Notes: generated by a model not told the origin, from the letters alone. Positions 37,801 through 47,901 are shown, numbered from the stretch's first letter. The stretch: DNA of 64,000 bases from Adineta vaga (GCA_021613535.1 CP075497.1:992001-1056000), one strand, 5' to 3'. Translations and numbers: made by a program.

Positions 37801-40800
37801 TGATGAAAATTGAACACCAATACATCGGATGGCTGAAGATGATCGGCATCAATGGTTGGCGATCGTCGAATAGCATGACATCGGAACACTCGCCCTGCAC
37901 TCAGTTCGAACAAGCGAGGGTTCGTTTCTTCATCATATATAATCTGTTTTACATCTGACTCTGTCTCAACTATTGTCAAGATGATTTCTAGTGGTACTCG
38001 ATCCAAAACCTCTTGTTTTAGTACACCAGCATTCTCATCAAATGTCAGACAGGTTCGAAGTGCCTTGTGTTTTTTAATTAGTGCAGAAAGAGCTCGTTTT
38101 AATCTCTCTAGTGAGATAGGCATCTGAACAATTTCATAGACAAGAGGAATGTGATATGTGGCCACTGTCTCTCCCACATTACCGAAACGAACACGTTCAT
38201 CCAAGTAGAGACGAGTTTGAGCGAAGGAAGCAGGTCCTTAAACAAGATCAATAGGGATGACATTATATTCGAGAACAACTTACCTTTGTTGATGTTGAAG
38301 GAATACCATTGTGGTTCTATGGTCATCTGATGAGTTTCGAGTAATTGAGCATGATCGAAAATGGTTGCACGACGAAACAAGTCACTAATATTAATTGATT
38401 GTTGAAATTGAGTTTGATAGGCATGGTGTAGCTTCATGAGAAGAAGAGAATTACCGCCTAACTTGAAGAAGCTAAGGCTTGTGGAAGGAGTGGATTCAAG
38501 ATGGAGCACTTGTGACCAAATTGACGAGACTTGTCGTTCGATTTGCGTTTGACATTGATCGTCTCTCGCAGTCAGATCAGTGGAGAGGAGAAGTGAAAAG
38601 TCAGGTGGTGGAAGTGCTTTTCGATCTAATTTACCATTTGGATTGAGTGGAAAATGATCGATAAGAATAAACAACGACGGCACCATGTACAATGGAAGAT
38701 GTTCACTGCACTTCTCATGTAACACACTGATATTCATGGTAAGTTTCGTTTGAACATAGGCGACGAGATGTTCTAAATTGTCATGAACTTGTTTCATAAC
38801 AACACAATTGATAATTTCGAGTGAAGAACGCATAATGACGGCTTCAATTTCGCCTAATTCGATACGTTGTCCTCTTAACTTGACTTGAAAATCAGTTCGT
38901 CCAACATAATGCAAGAGATTTGTTCTGGAGTCGACGCGTACGACGTCGCCTGTTCTATAGAATACACCTTGTTTTTGAGGCAAAGATATAAGTGCTTTGC
39001 GCGTTAAATTTGATTGATTGAAGTAGCCGCCAAACACAGCCTCACCACCAATGTAGAGCTGACCAACTTGATCGTCGCAGAGAACAGGCTGCAAATATGT
39101 ATCAAGAACATGACATGTGTAGCCGGCGAGTGGACGACCGATAGGCAAGGAATCTTGTTGAATGTCGTATTTTGTGACAAGATGAAAGGTTGTTGCGAAA
39201 ATGCATTCAGTGGGCCCATAGAGATGGTAGATAAGTGCAGTCGACCTTAAACAGTTGTAGAGTTGAGATGCTGTTTGAGGTCGTAGTGATTCACCTAAGC
39301 ATAAAAAATGTTTCTACATTGAATTGTTTCGCAATTTACTTTATTTTATAAAAATGCAAATGTTACCTATGGAACAGAGTCGCTTCAGACTGAACAATGC
39401 TTGATGTTGATCAGGAAAGTTGTGTAAATGTTGAGCAAGTATGATAAGAAGCGTGGGTACGGTAACAGCAAAACTTATGTGATGTCGTTGTATGACCGAC
39501 ACCAAATAGTTCATGTCAAGATTTCCATTGGGTCCAAGAAGACAAATAGATCCACCTAGCCAGAGTGTACCTAGAATTTCTTGTATGTGAATGTCAAATG
39601 TAGGTGGTGTTGTTTGTAGAACAGTATCGTTGTGTACCATAATCGCCGAGTAAGCGAGTGCATCAATACAGGCGGCAAAATTTTTGTGACTGATTGGAAC
39701 CGCTTTGGGTGTGCCCGTCGAACCACTTGTAAAAATCACATAAGCAATTGATTGGACGTGAACATTGATATTATCATCATCAGTCCAATTTGTCGAGCTC
39801 GACGATGAGAATATTTGGTTGATGTCAACAACATTTGATGATATGAGGGTGTTTGTTCGACTATGAGTAAGGACACACTTTGCTTGTACTTGTTCAATCA
39901 ATGATCGGAGTCGTGTGGATGGTTGATCCGGAGATAGAGGACAATATGAAGCACCACTCATCAGAATCGACAATATACCGATGATCTGTTATAAGTCAAG
40001 AGAATATCGCTACTATCCTTAAATCGAAAGCGACTTCAACTTACCATTTCGATGGAACGCTCGACGCATTGAGCGATGATGTCTCCTGACTGCACATGAT
40101 ACTGGTCAATGAGATGATGAGCTAGCAGTTGCGACGAGTGCAACAGTTCAGCATAAGTTAGTGATTGATCATCAAGAATCACTGCCAATTTCTGTGGATG
40201 TTCCTCGGCTCGATATGCGAACTGTTGGTGGATAGGTAGTAAATTTTTATGGAGACGCAGCTGCTCACCGCTGTTTAGGTGATTTAGTGCTTGAATTTCC
40301 TTTGGAAGAAGCAGTGAAAATCCAAAGATTGGAGTCGTCGGTGGGGAGGACAACAGTTGGTCAAGAAGAGATTTGAATCGACGAGCCAGAACAATAATTG
40401 TAGATTCATCGAACATATCGCAAGCGTACACGAATGAACCATTTACTTGTCCGCATTCATTCATCGCGATTGATAGGCACAAATCATGTCTAGTCGCATT
40501 AGGTGGACGAATACAACGAATAAGCTCACATCTCTCGGCCAATACTATTTTACTTGTGATCGTCTGAAATCGAAATCCGATTGTCATATAAGGCAATGTT
40601 TTAGTACTGTCGGCTATACGATGAGCCATTATCTTAACAAGTTCGATCAAATGAACAAAAGTTTTTTCAGGTTCGACATATAATCGAAATGGAACGAATC
40701 GATCAAACATGCTAGTTGTACGGGTGATTTCGTACCGACTCGCATTAGTCACATGGCTATCGATAATCAGGTCTTGGCATTGTGTCAATTTATAGAGAAA

Positions 40801-41905
40801 AACATAGTAGGCGGATAAGTACACTTGAAATAAGGTAGCTTGTGCTTGAGAAGCGAAAATGAGGAGTGACTCGCCTCTGTCTAGTTCCAGATTCACCATT
40901 GACGCACGACCCGTGCGAATTGACGTTGATGGACGACGATCGTAGGGCAATTGCAGCTGGTCCCCAAAATCTTTTAATGTCGTGTTCCAAACTTCTGATC
41001 CTGATAACATATTGTCATCTCTATCGTCTCGTTCCAACAATGTATAATTAATATAGATCGATGTAAGATCGTCGTTCACATCAAGCGTGAGAGTTGAATA
41101 AGCCTCTCTCAAATCGGTCAGAAAAATGGACTCTCTGAAATAATCGAAGATTGCATGATGAAAATTAAATAGCAACATATCGCCAACAGTGAGAAGATCT
41201 TCCTCGATTCCATTGCTTCTTCGAATCGCATAACAACTGAATATTCGACCAATGGTAAGATCAAAATGAGTTCGATTTGTTTCTTTGTCTTCACTTTCGA
41301 CCTTACTCATTTGCACTAAGGAAATAATCTCGGTATCATCGAAAGGTACAATGCATTGGTGCAGTTTGTTACTACCATCAGATGTGGCTGTCAGACGGAT
41401 ACGTAATGTTGGATGTTTGCTGACAAGGAGTGCGAGTGCACGATTAAGACGTTGAAGAGAAAGAAATGAATCTGGTGATATGGTAAATACAAGCTGTGAC
41501 GCAGAACTAAGGCGCTCTCGTTCATCCAACCAAATGTACTCTTGCGCAAACGAACCAGAACCTAGGAAAAAAAGCACGATTCAGGCAAAATTGACAGCTG
41601 ACTTTACTTTGATTTGCATGAGGTAGCCTTTTCTCGTTTGTCATGAGTAGACGAACATGTTGATCGATGGTTGGTTGTGTCAAAAAGTCCAGTAGATTGA
41701 GATAGTGACATGGAGTCAAATCGAGTTGATAGTGATTGAAAAGTTGCATTAAAGTCAAAGATGAACCACCCAAAGCGAACCATGTTATAGACTCTTCATT
41801 AGGAACTTTGTCTAGATGCAACAGTGAACACCAGAGTTGACGTACCTTGTCATGAAGTATCTTGTGCTCAGAATCGTTCGAGTTTGTAGAATTTTCTAGT
41901 GACAT
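19884..41905 (-). CDS. Multimodular nonribosomal peptide synthetase, ~7098 aa, T0-(C-A-T)x6-C-T, 15 exons
   Basis: ATG at 41905, stop at 19884-19886. GT-AG introns (plus-strand coordinates): 41562-41607, 39986-40044, 39295-39366, 38237-38283, 35974-36019, 34913-34959, 32637-32689, 31576-31622, 28325-28371, 26674-26732, 25000-25046, 22721-22776, 21657-21709, 20202-20247. Removing them (725 bp) leaves 21297 nt = 7099 codons in one frame. Six A domains (FTSGSTG.PK, FD, Y(G/A)P.E, Y(R/K)TGD, GR.DF.VKLRGQRIEL, NGK.DR), seven C domains (HHAIFDY, HHAAFDG x5, HHGSFDG) and eight T domains (GG[S/N/H/T]S). No TE, R, E or MT domain seen. Confidence 0.92.
23091..25665 (-). repeat. Near-identical internal NRPS repeat (A C-terminus, T, 47-bp intron, C, A N-terminus), copy matching ~33004-35575
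   Basis: Reading the two regions side by side shows only scattered substitutions over ~2.5 kb at an offset of ~9.9 kb, including the intron. Confidence 0.85.
31130..32520 (-). repeat. Internal NRPS repeat block (A C-terminus, T, intron, C N-terminus)
   Basis: Matches ~24555-25665, ~34465-35720, partly 38058-38630 and 27880-28324. The 32220-32520 part also matches ~22305-22604. Confidence 0.8.
33004..35720 (-). repeat. Near-identical internal NRPS repeat, copy matching ~23091-25665 and in part 36337-36830
   Basis: Same text in several copies, e.g. the DNA encoding DERVRFGNVGETVATYHIPLVYEIVQMPISLERLKRAL and HEQFACRAWEHPQKL...PTNHRNFT. Confidence 0.85.
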
Positions 41906-42677
41906 TTTTGTCTTTTTCGAAGCGACTAGGAGAGAAATTAGTAGACAAAAAGGGATAAACATGAAAGAATTTTCGAAAGACAAAATGAGTTGTCTGAAAA
42001 CATTCTGGACGCATCTTTGTAGAAAGGTTTAACCTAAGAAGGAACTCATATGGAGCTTTCTTGAAAAATAAACTTTGAGGTGCCGGTGATAACTGTAAAC
42101 GAAATTCTTATGCAACAAATGAACTCGTCATCTATGAATCTATGAGTTTTGAAGGAAATAATTCTACTCAAAACCTAATCATCTTCAATAGAAATAGTTT
42201 TAGAAAGTCAGAACGATTTTTCAAAATACTTTTGCAACATGATGGAAATAAAATATGTTAATCAAGAAAAAGTGTTTCTCCAGGCTTCAGAACAAATGAC
42301 TGAGTTATTACGTTTATTGTCAACTTGAGAAGAAGAGAAAAAGTCGTAAATCGCACTGATAATCCAAAATGTCCTTGTGTTCCCGATATTACAGTTTTAT
42401 ATATAACTGAGATTTTGCATTGTCATCGCATTGCTTGTTTTTATGATCTTATAATCAACAATCACAAAATCCGTCAATGATTATTTGCGTACTTGAAAAT
42501 ACATCAAAAGTGCACCGTCATCATCATCATCATCCTTATCTGCAATCTCAGGTGAAATAAACTCAGCTCATTCTTCTCTACTCTCGGCAAGCTGTTGCTA
42601 GTGACTGTTGGTAGAACATCCATAGTTTCATAAATAAACCTTCAGTAGACATTGCAGCTAATTTCTTTGAAATAACG

Positions 42678-43172
42678 ATGTCGATAGAAAGTAGAACAAA
42701 ATTCCTGCACACAAAAGAAATCAATGTTTCCAACAACGAATCAGACCAGACTTCCCAACCTCCATTTAAAATGCCTCGAGCACCACCCCATGTCTACTCT
42801 TGTTTTGTCATTAATCGTACGCAGCATCCTATAGAATGCATGGTTCACTATGACGGCCGTCCAGGTGAAGACAAATTTAATGAAGACATTCACGTCACCA
42901 TTTCTGCTAATGATGAAAAATTTTTCCCTCGTTGTTTGTTTCAACCAGATTTACCTGATTCGTACTGCAAATGGGTCAAAATTGTAACTCATATTAAGGT
43001 GAAGAAGCACGATGGTAAAGTGCTCGAAGTCTACTATCCATTTGATCATGTTTATTGTCCAATTCGTAATTGGGAATTTCATGTTTGCGACGAAGGCGAT
43101 ATTTTATCAAAACCACCCACCCGTCCTGCAAACTTACTAAAATATGAAGGACTTGATGAATACGAACGATGA
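42678..43172 (+). CDS. Small hypothetical protein (164 aa, or 133 aa from the ATG at 42771), head-to-head with the NRPS
   Basis: Clean ORF with coding-like composition followed by AATAAA (~43181). No recognised family. Confidence 0.6.
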   Translation: MSIESRTKFLHTKEINVSNNESDQTSQPPFKMPRAPPHVYSCFVINRTQHPIECMVHYDGRPGEDKFNEDIHVTISANDEKFFPRCLFQPDLPDSYCKWVKIVTHIKVKKHDGKVLEVYYPFDHVYCPIRNWEFHVCDEGDILSKPPTRPANLLKYEGLDEYER

Positions 43173-43619
43173 TTACCAGAAATAAAAGTGATTTTGAGTT
43201 GACATAACGATCGGATCTTTCCGAAATTTCTTTTCAGTATTTCTTTCTCATTATCCGCTAATAGTGAACGGTATGCGATCACTGTGTATACAGCGTTACA
43301 ATCGAGAGCAGTAAATACAGTTTATGAAATTCATTTTCGACTACAAATGATGATGGCTATTATAGCGTTTATATTTTCATCTTTAAGATAGTGTCTATTT
43401 CGAGAACAAGGGTGCACTTATTTGGATTTTTATTTGTATCAATTTTTAAATAGAATTGCAATCAGTCAGGCTTGAGACCCCAAACGAATAAGTTAGATAC
43501 AATACACGTTCTAAGTAGTATACTACGGTGCCGTTATGTGGTGTATAATATGCATGTTACAAATTTAGTAGCTTATCAAAAAGAGGCTGTATTTCGTTAT
43601 TTTATCTTTCGTTTACAAG

Positions 43620-44605
43620 AAAATGTTTGAACCATCTGACCTATATGGTCGACATCACCTTTTGTATTATTATAACATAAGATAATCTGTGGCTTTTTTC
43701 CTTTCCTCATCGACGATTATCTGATCATGATAAACAGATGACAGCAAAATCGCAATGATGAGTATCAGGTTGCAACTCTCGTGGAATTTCCTTCTTATTT
43801 CGTCGAAAAGCTCCTACAAGAGTCGTTTGAACACGTAAAAGATCTTCTTCCAACTCTACACTAGTACAATAGTTGTCCGTAGTAATAGTTCATTCTGTAT
43901 TGATCCAATGATGTACCAATTGTTGTACTAGATTAAGAATTAGATTTGTATCTTTGTCTGCAGCTACTGCATCAGGTTGACGCCCCAGATAAACATCAGC
44001 ATTCAACGGATATACTGTATCCGAATCGCAACACCAAAAGATCTGAAGCTCGTATTTTCCAGGTTTATTAGGGATATATTGATGAAAATTACATCGGCCA
44101 CTGTGAGTGATCCACCAGGCGTATAACATATTTGTAGCCGGGCTAAGAATATTGTCCATAGATCTCTTATTGCTGCCAGTTTATCTACTTTCAGTTTTTC
44201 TTCTCGTGATGATGTATTGCCAAATTGGCAAAACCGAAGTAAGCTTTTGAAACGATTCTTTGTCAAAGTTGCTCGAAATATTGGTCGTCCATATTTCATC
44301 AGAATATGTGTTCTCCCATTGGCTTTCTTTGTCAGAATTTTGCTTATTCCATTGTTTCAAAATCAGATGCATTCGTCGATTGATTTCCTTCACTAAAAGA
44401 AGAACAATTTCTTGAGCTATCAGAAGCTGAAATGCATCTTTCACAGTTTTTATACCTACAGCTGGTCGTTCAATACCATTTTGCTGCCGCAAGATATTAG
44501 CTGATGGTATTTTTCCATTGGGAGTTACCTTTAATATTCATTGCCGTACAGATTTAGCTGTAAATATTTGAACCGGTGATTGTTCAACTTGTGATTTACG
44601 TTTCG
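43620..44605 (-). mobile_element. Degenerate piggyBac (PGBD4-like, DDE_Tnp_1_7) transposase relic
   Basis: Fragments in three frames: FTAKS..NILRQQNG, GRPIFRATLTKNRFKSLLRF, DKLAAIRDLW...YTPGGSLTV, QYIPNKPGKYELQIFWCCD, ITTDNYCTSVEL and TTLVGAFRRNKKEIP. Frameshifts and stops; the first catalytic DE motif is lost. No TIR/TTAA ends identified. Confidence 0.85.
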
Positions 44606-44684
44606 CATCTTGAGGGTGGGTGTGGATTAAAAACATAACCACATCCACACCCACACTCACACCGACAGCTACACCCTCAAGATG
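44606..44684. repeat. 79-bp hairpin/MITE-like element with perfect 13-bp terminal inverted repeats and telomere-like interior
   Basis: CATCTTGAGGGTG (44606-44618) ... CACCCTCAAGATG (44672-44684), with internal gggtgtgg / ccacacccacac. Confidence 0.8.
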
Positions 44685-45750
44685 GGATATGGATAATCCG
44701 TCCTATCCGGTGTCTTAAACGTGTGGAAACGTTATCATGTACATAATTATAATATTAGTAATAAATAGAAAATGGGGCAATGAGCACATAAGCGAAATCA
44801 TTCAAAAGGATATTTCTTGGAATGAAATTGAATTGAATTCAGAGAACATGATAAATAATTTCGAGCTCAACTCAATTCGATCCGATGATATGCGAAAAAT
44901 CGTCACAATTTAATTCGTTCATTTAGAAAAAAACGCATTCTCAATTCAACTCAAAATATGAGTTGAGTTGTTGAACTCGTCAATGTGCATTCGAGTATTA
45001 CTAACAAGACAAGATATAGTATATGTATGTGTGTTGTTGAGAATAAGATAATTCATTAATTACATTATCCTAAGTAATTAGAAAATGATGAGGAGAGAGA
45101 TATACACATTTTCATGATGAATTGCTTTAATTCAGATAAGAGAAAGTAAAGATTCACGACTGAATAGAGTGGATGAATACATTTTAACATCACTAACTAT
45201 ATTTCAGATAGATTCAACAGTTGAAACGATATTTAAGTGAATAATAAAGATTTGGTGATTTTTACCAAGATGATAAATAATGAATCTCTTGATATAATAT
45301 CAAAACAAAGATTGATTTGAAAACAATAAATAATATAGAAGAAAATTGTTTTCCTCTTGAATACTTTCCACGAATGATATATCTACGAATTATTTTATTA
45401 TAAAATTCGAACAAATCCTAATCGTTGATTGTAATTATCGTTGTTTTCAATACCATTAGTCAATGATACGATAGTTAAAATGTATGTTAAGTTAGACAAA
45501 GATGTTGAAAAATATATTTGTTTTCCTAACTTTTATCCATTGAAAATTAAAACAAATACAACGTATTTGATCACATGATTGAATATAATAAAAAGATCAG
45601 GTTTATACGACAGAACGATATAAGCATCATATATAAGGAGTTCTCGCATGTTTCAGGCACTCTTTACGATTCATTTCAATCATTTACATACTTCAGAATC
45701 TCCTCAAATAGTTTATTTTACATTCATATTTACAGATTACAAAAAGTCAA

Positions 45751-47298
45751 CTAATCTCTTCTTTGTACACGTGCAAGAATTCCGTTTTTGGCTTTTATTG
45801 TTACACCTTTCATTTCAGGTACAATGTGTTGTCCTGGTATAAGTTCAAAATTGCAACGTTGTACAAGCATAGCAAGTATTACTTTAGCTTCAAGTATAGC
45901 AAAGTTTTGTCCAATACAATTTCGTGGACCTGCAGCAAATGGAAGAAAAGCATATGGATGTGTCATTTTTTGTTTTAATCCAGTCACAGGATCACGTATC
46001 CATCTTGTATAATCGAATTTGAGTGGATTAGGCCAGTAATCTTCACGTCGATGCAAAACATAGTTATGAATGATAATCATGGCATCAACAGGTACATGAA
46101 GTTGAAATTTACCACTGTTAGTACCAATCGTATGTTCTTTTACACATTGACGAACAAAGAAAGGAGCTGGTGGATATAGACGAAGAGTTTCATAAAGAAC
46201 AGCTTCAATAATTTGAAGTTCATTCATATGTTCGAAGGTAGGTAATATTCCATTGGATAGGACGCAATCAACTTCTTTCCGACATGCTTGTAATACTTCA
46301 TCATGAGTCATTAACATGTGAACAGCCCAGGTAATTAAATTTCCAGTTGTTTCATGACCAGCTAAGACGAAAGTGAGGGCTTCTTCTTTAATTTGTTGAT
46401 CTGTAAATGGTTCACCCTGATCGTCAGTGGCTGACAATAGAAGATCGAGAATATCTTGACCTGCACACAAACTATTTGTTTTTCCTTTTCGTCGATCGGC
46501 AATAGCCTGATCAACGAAATCACTAACTTGTTTTGCTCCCTTATCAACAATATTCTTACCCCAAAATGGCAATTCAGCTAGAAAGTTTATTTGATTGATC
46601 ATTCGAAGTGTTCGGTATTCTACTATATCCTTTACTTCTTGAAATGTTTGACACATGATTTCTTTTGCATGTGATGACGTTTCAAAATCCACACCGAAAG
46701 CACTTGATGCGATAATAGAAAGAGTTAAACCATTTAATTGAATTTCAAGATCAACTTGACCTTTAGACGATGATCCTAACAGAACAGAATGAATAGCCTT
46801 TGTCGTTTCGTCTGACATAATCGACACCATTGAACGAAGATTGATAAAATGAAAGGCAGGATTAAGCATTTTACGTGCACGATCATGTTCTTTTCCCTCA
46901 CTAACTAAAAGATTATGTGTACCAATAAATGGTTTGACAATATTAGTTAGATCAGTTGGTTTTCGATAGTTAATACCATTTTCACGACTTAAAACATCAC
47001 TTAAGACTTCCGGTTCAGCAAGTATGATTCGTGTTAGATGACCTAAGCCAAGTAGATAGCAATAGCCATGTTTTTGTGCAAGTTCATTGAAATAATCCAA
47101 TCCTTTACCAACTTTCTTAGCTTGGATTATATCTGGTATTTGACCAATAAGTGGAATGAATGGTTCTCCAGGAATTCCTTGAGCTCGAAAAGCATCATAT
47201 AATTGTTTTTGAGAATGAATTAGTTTGAAGTAAATAACTCCAATAAGAACAAGAATAAGCCCAATAAGAACAAGAATAAGCTCAATAAGATAAATCAT
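45751..47298 (-). CDS. Cytochrome P450, membrane anchored, intronless
   Basis: N-terminal TM helix, I-helix FVLAGHETT, K-helix ETLRLYPP and heme motif PFAAGPRNCIG; 515 aa. Clan not assigned without a search. Confidence 0.93.
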   Translation of the reverse strand: MIYLIELILVLIGLILVLIGVIYFKLIHSQKQLYDAFRAQGIPGEPFIPLIGQIPDIIQAKKVGKGLDYFNELAQKHGYCYLLGLGHLTRIILAEPEVLSDVLSRENGINYRKPTDLTNIVKPFIGTHNLLVSEGKEHDRARKMLNPAFHFINLRSMVSIMSDETTKAIHSVLLGSSSKGQVDLEIQLNGLTLSIIASSAFGVDFETSSHAKEIMCQTFQEVKDIVEYRTLRMINQINFLAELPFWGKNIVDKGAKQVSDFVDQAIADRRKGKTNSLCAGQDILDLLLSATDDQGEPFTDQQIKEEALTFVLAGHETTGNLITWAVHMLMTHDEVLQACRKEVDCVLSNGILPTFEHMNELQIIEAVLYETLRLYPPAPFFVRQCVKEHTIGTNSGKFQLHVPVDAMIIIHNYVLHRREDYWPNPLKFDYTRWIRDPVTGLKQKMTHPYAFLPFAAGPRNCIGQNFAILEAKVILAMLVQRCNFELIPGQHIVPEMKGVTIKAKNGILARVQRRD

Positions 47299-47800
47299 AG
47301 TATTTCTATTAATGTCTAAGAATAAAGTTGATACTATTCAAACTCAAAGCATCGTCGTTTTGAAAAACAAAATAGCCACATAGTTCGGTGAGAGAACGTA
47401 CTATTTATATGCGCCTTCACAGACAAAGAACGAATGAAATGATACTCACAGGTACGTACTTTGCTATAAATATTGTTATCTCTATGTATATAAGCTCTGC
47501 GACATTTATCATTTGCAAACAATGTTAAATTTGCGTAAAGCAAATATTCTCATTTATTTTCCAATTCTGTTGGACGAGTTTTTTCTTCAATATTCAATAC
47601 CAATACTAATTCTCTTCAGAGCACTGATGATGAATCACTCAACAAAAACATTGAATTAGAAGATTTATGTCAATCTAAACAACAAATTCAGTACGATGCT
47701 CATTCCTCCAGAGTTGATCAAATCGTATCAGCAGCTCAATCATGTATATACCTGGTTTCGTCATCAACCGAAATCCATGTAAAATAAACACATATCATTA

Positions 47801-47901
47801 TATCTCGAGGGTGTGGGTGATGATGACGATGAGCGTATTAGTAGGAGCGTGCGAGAGTAATGTAGAAGGTATCGGATAGGTGTTCTCATACCCTCAAGAT
47901 G
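47801..47901. repeat. Hairpin/MITE-like element with telomere-like arm
   Basis: tatctcgagggtgtgggtg ... taccctcaagatg; same termini as 44606-44684 with 1-2 mismatches and a different interior. Confidence 0.7.

Noticed and set aside
24555-38630. CRISPR-like or transposon interpretation of the long repeats
   Set aside because: The repeats are kilobase-scale coding module segments with no repeat-spacer structure or transposon ends.
22000-41051. Short antisense and alternate-frame ORFs within the NRPS, some recurring (e.g. 22290-22553, 32254-32469, 35591-35806)
   Set aside because: They are shadows of the coding strand and recur only because the underlying modules are duplicated.
19884-41983. 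Reading the NRPS ORF fragments as separate genes or as a frameshifted pseudogene
   Set aside because: Every break coincides with a canonical GT-AG intron, and the spliced frame is continuous.
44820-44985. AATTG/CTCAA-rich patch with a small hairpin (caactca-aaata-tgagttg)
   Set aside because: Short, low complexity, and no clear second full copy in the window.
47560-47790. Open frame of ~75 codons without ATG upstream of the P450
   Set aside because: No start, no splice support and no motif.
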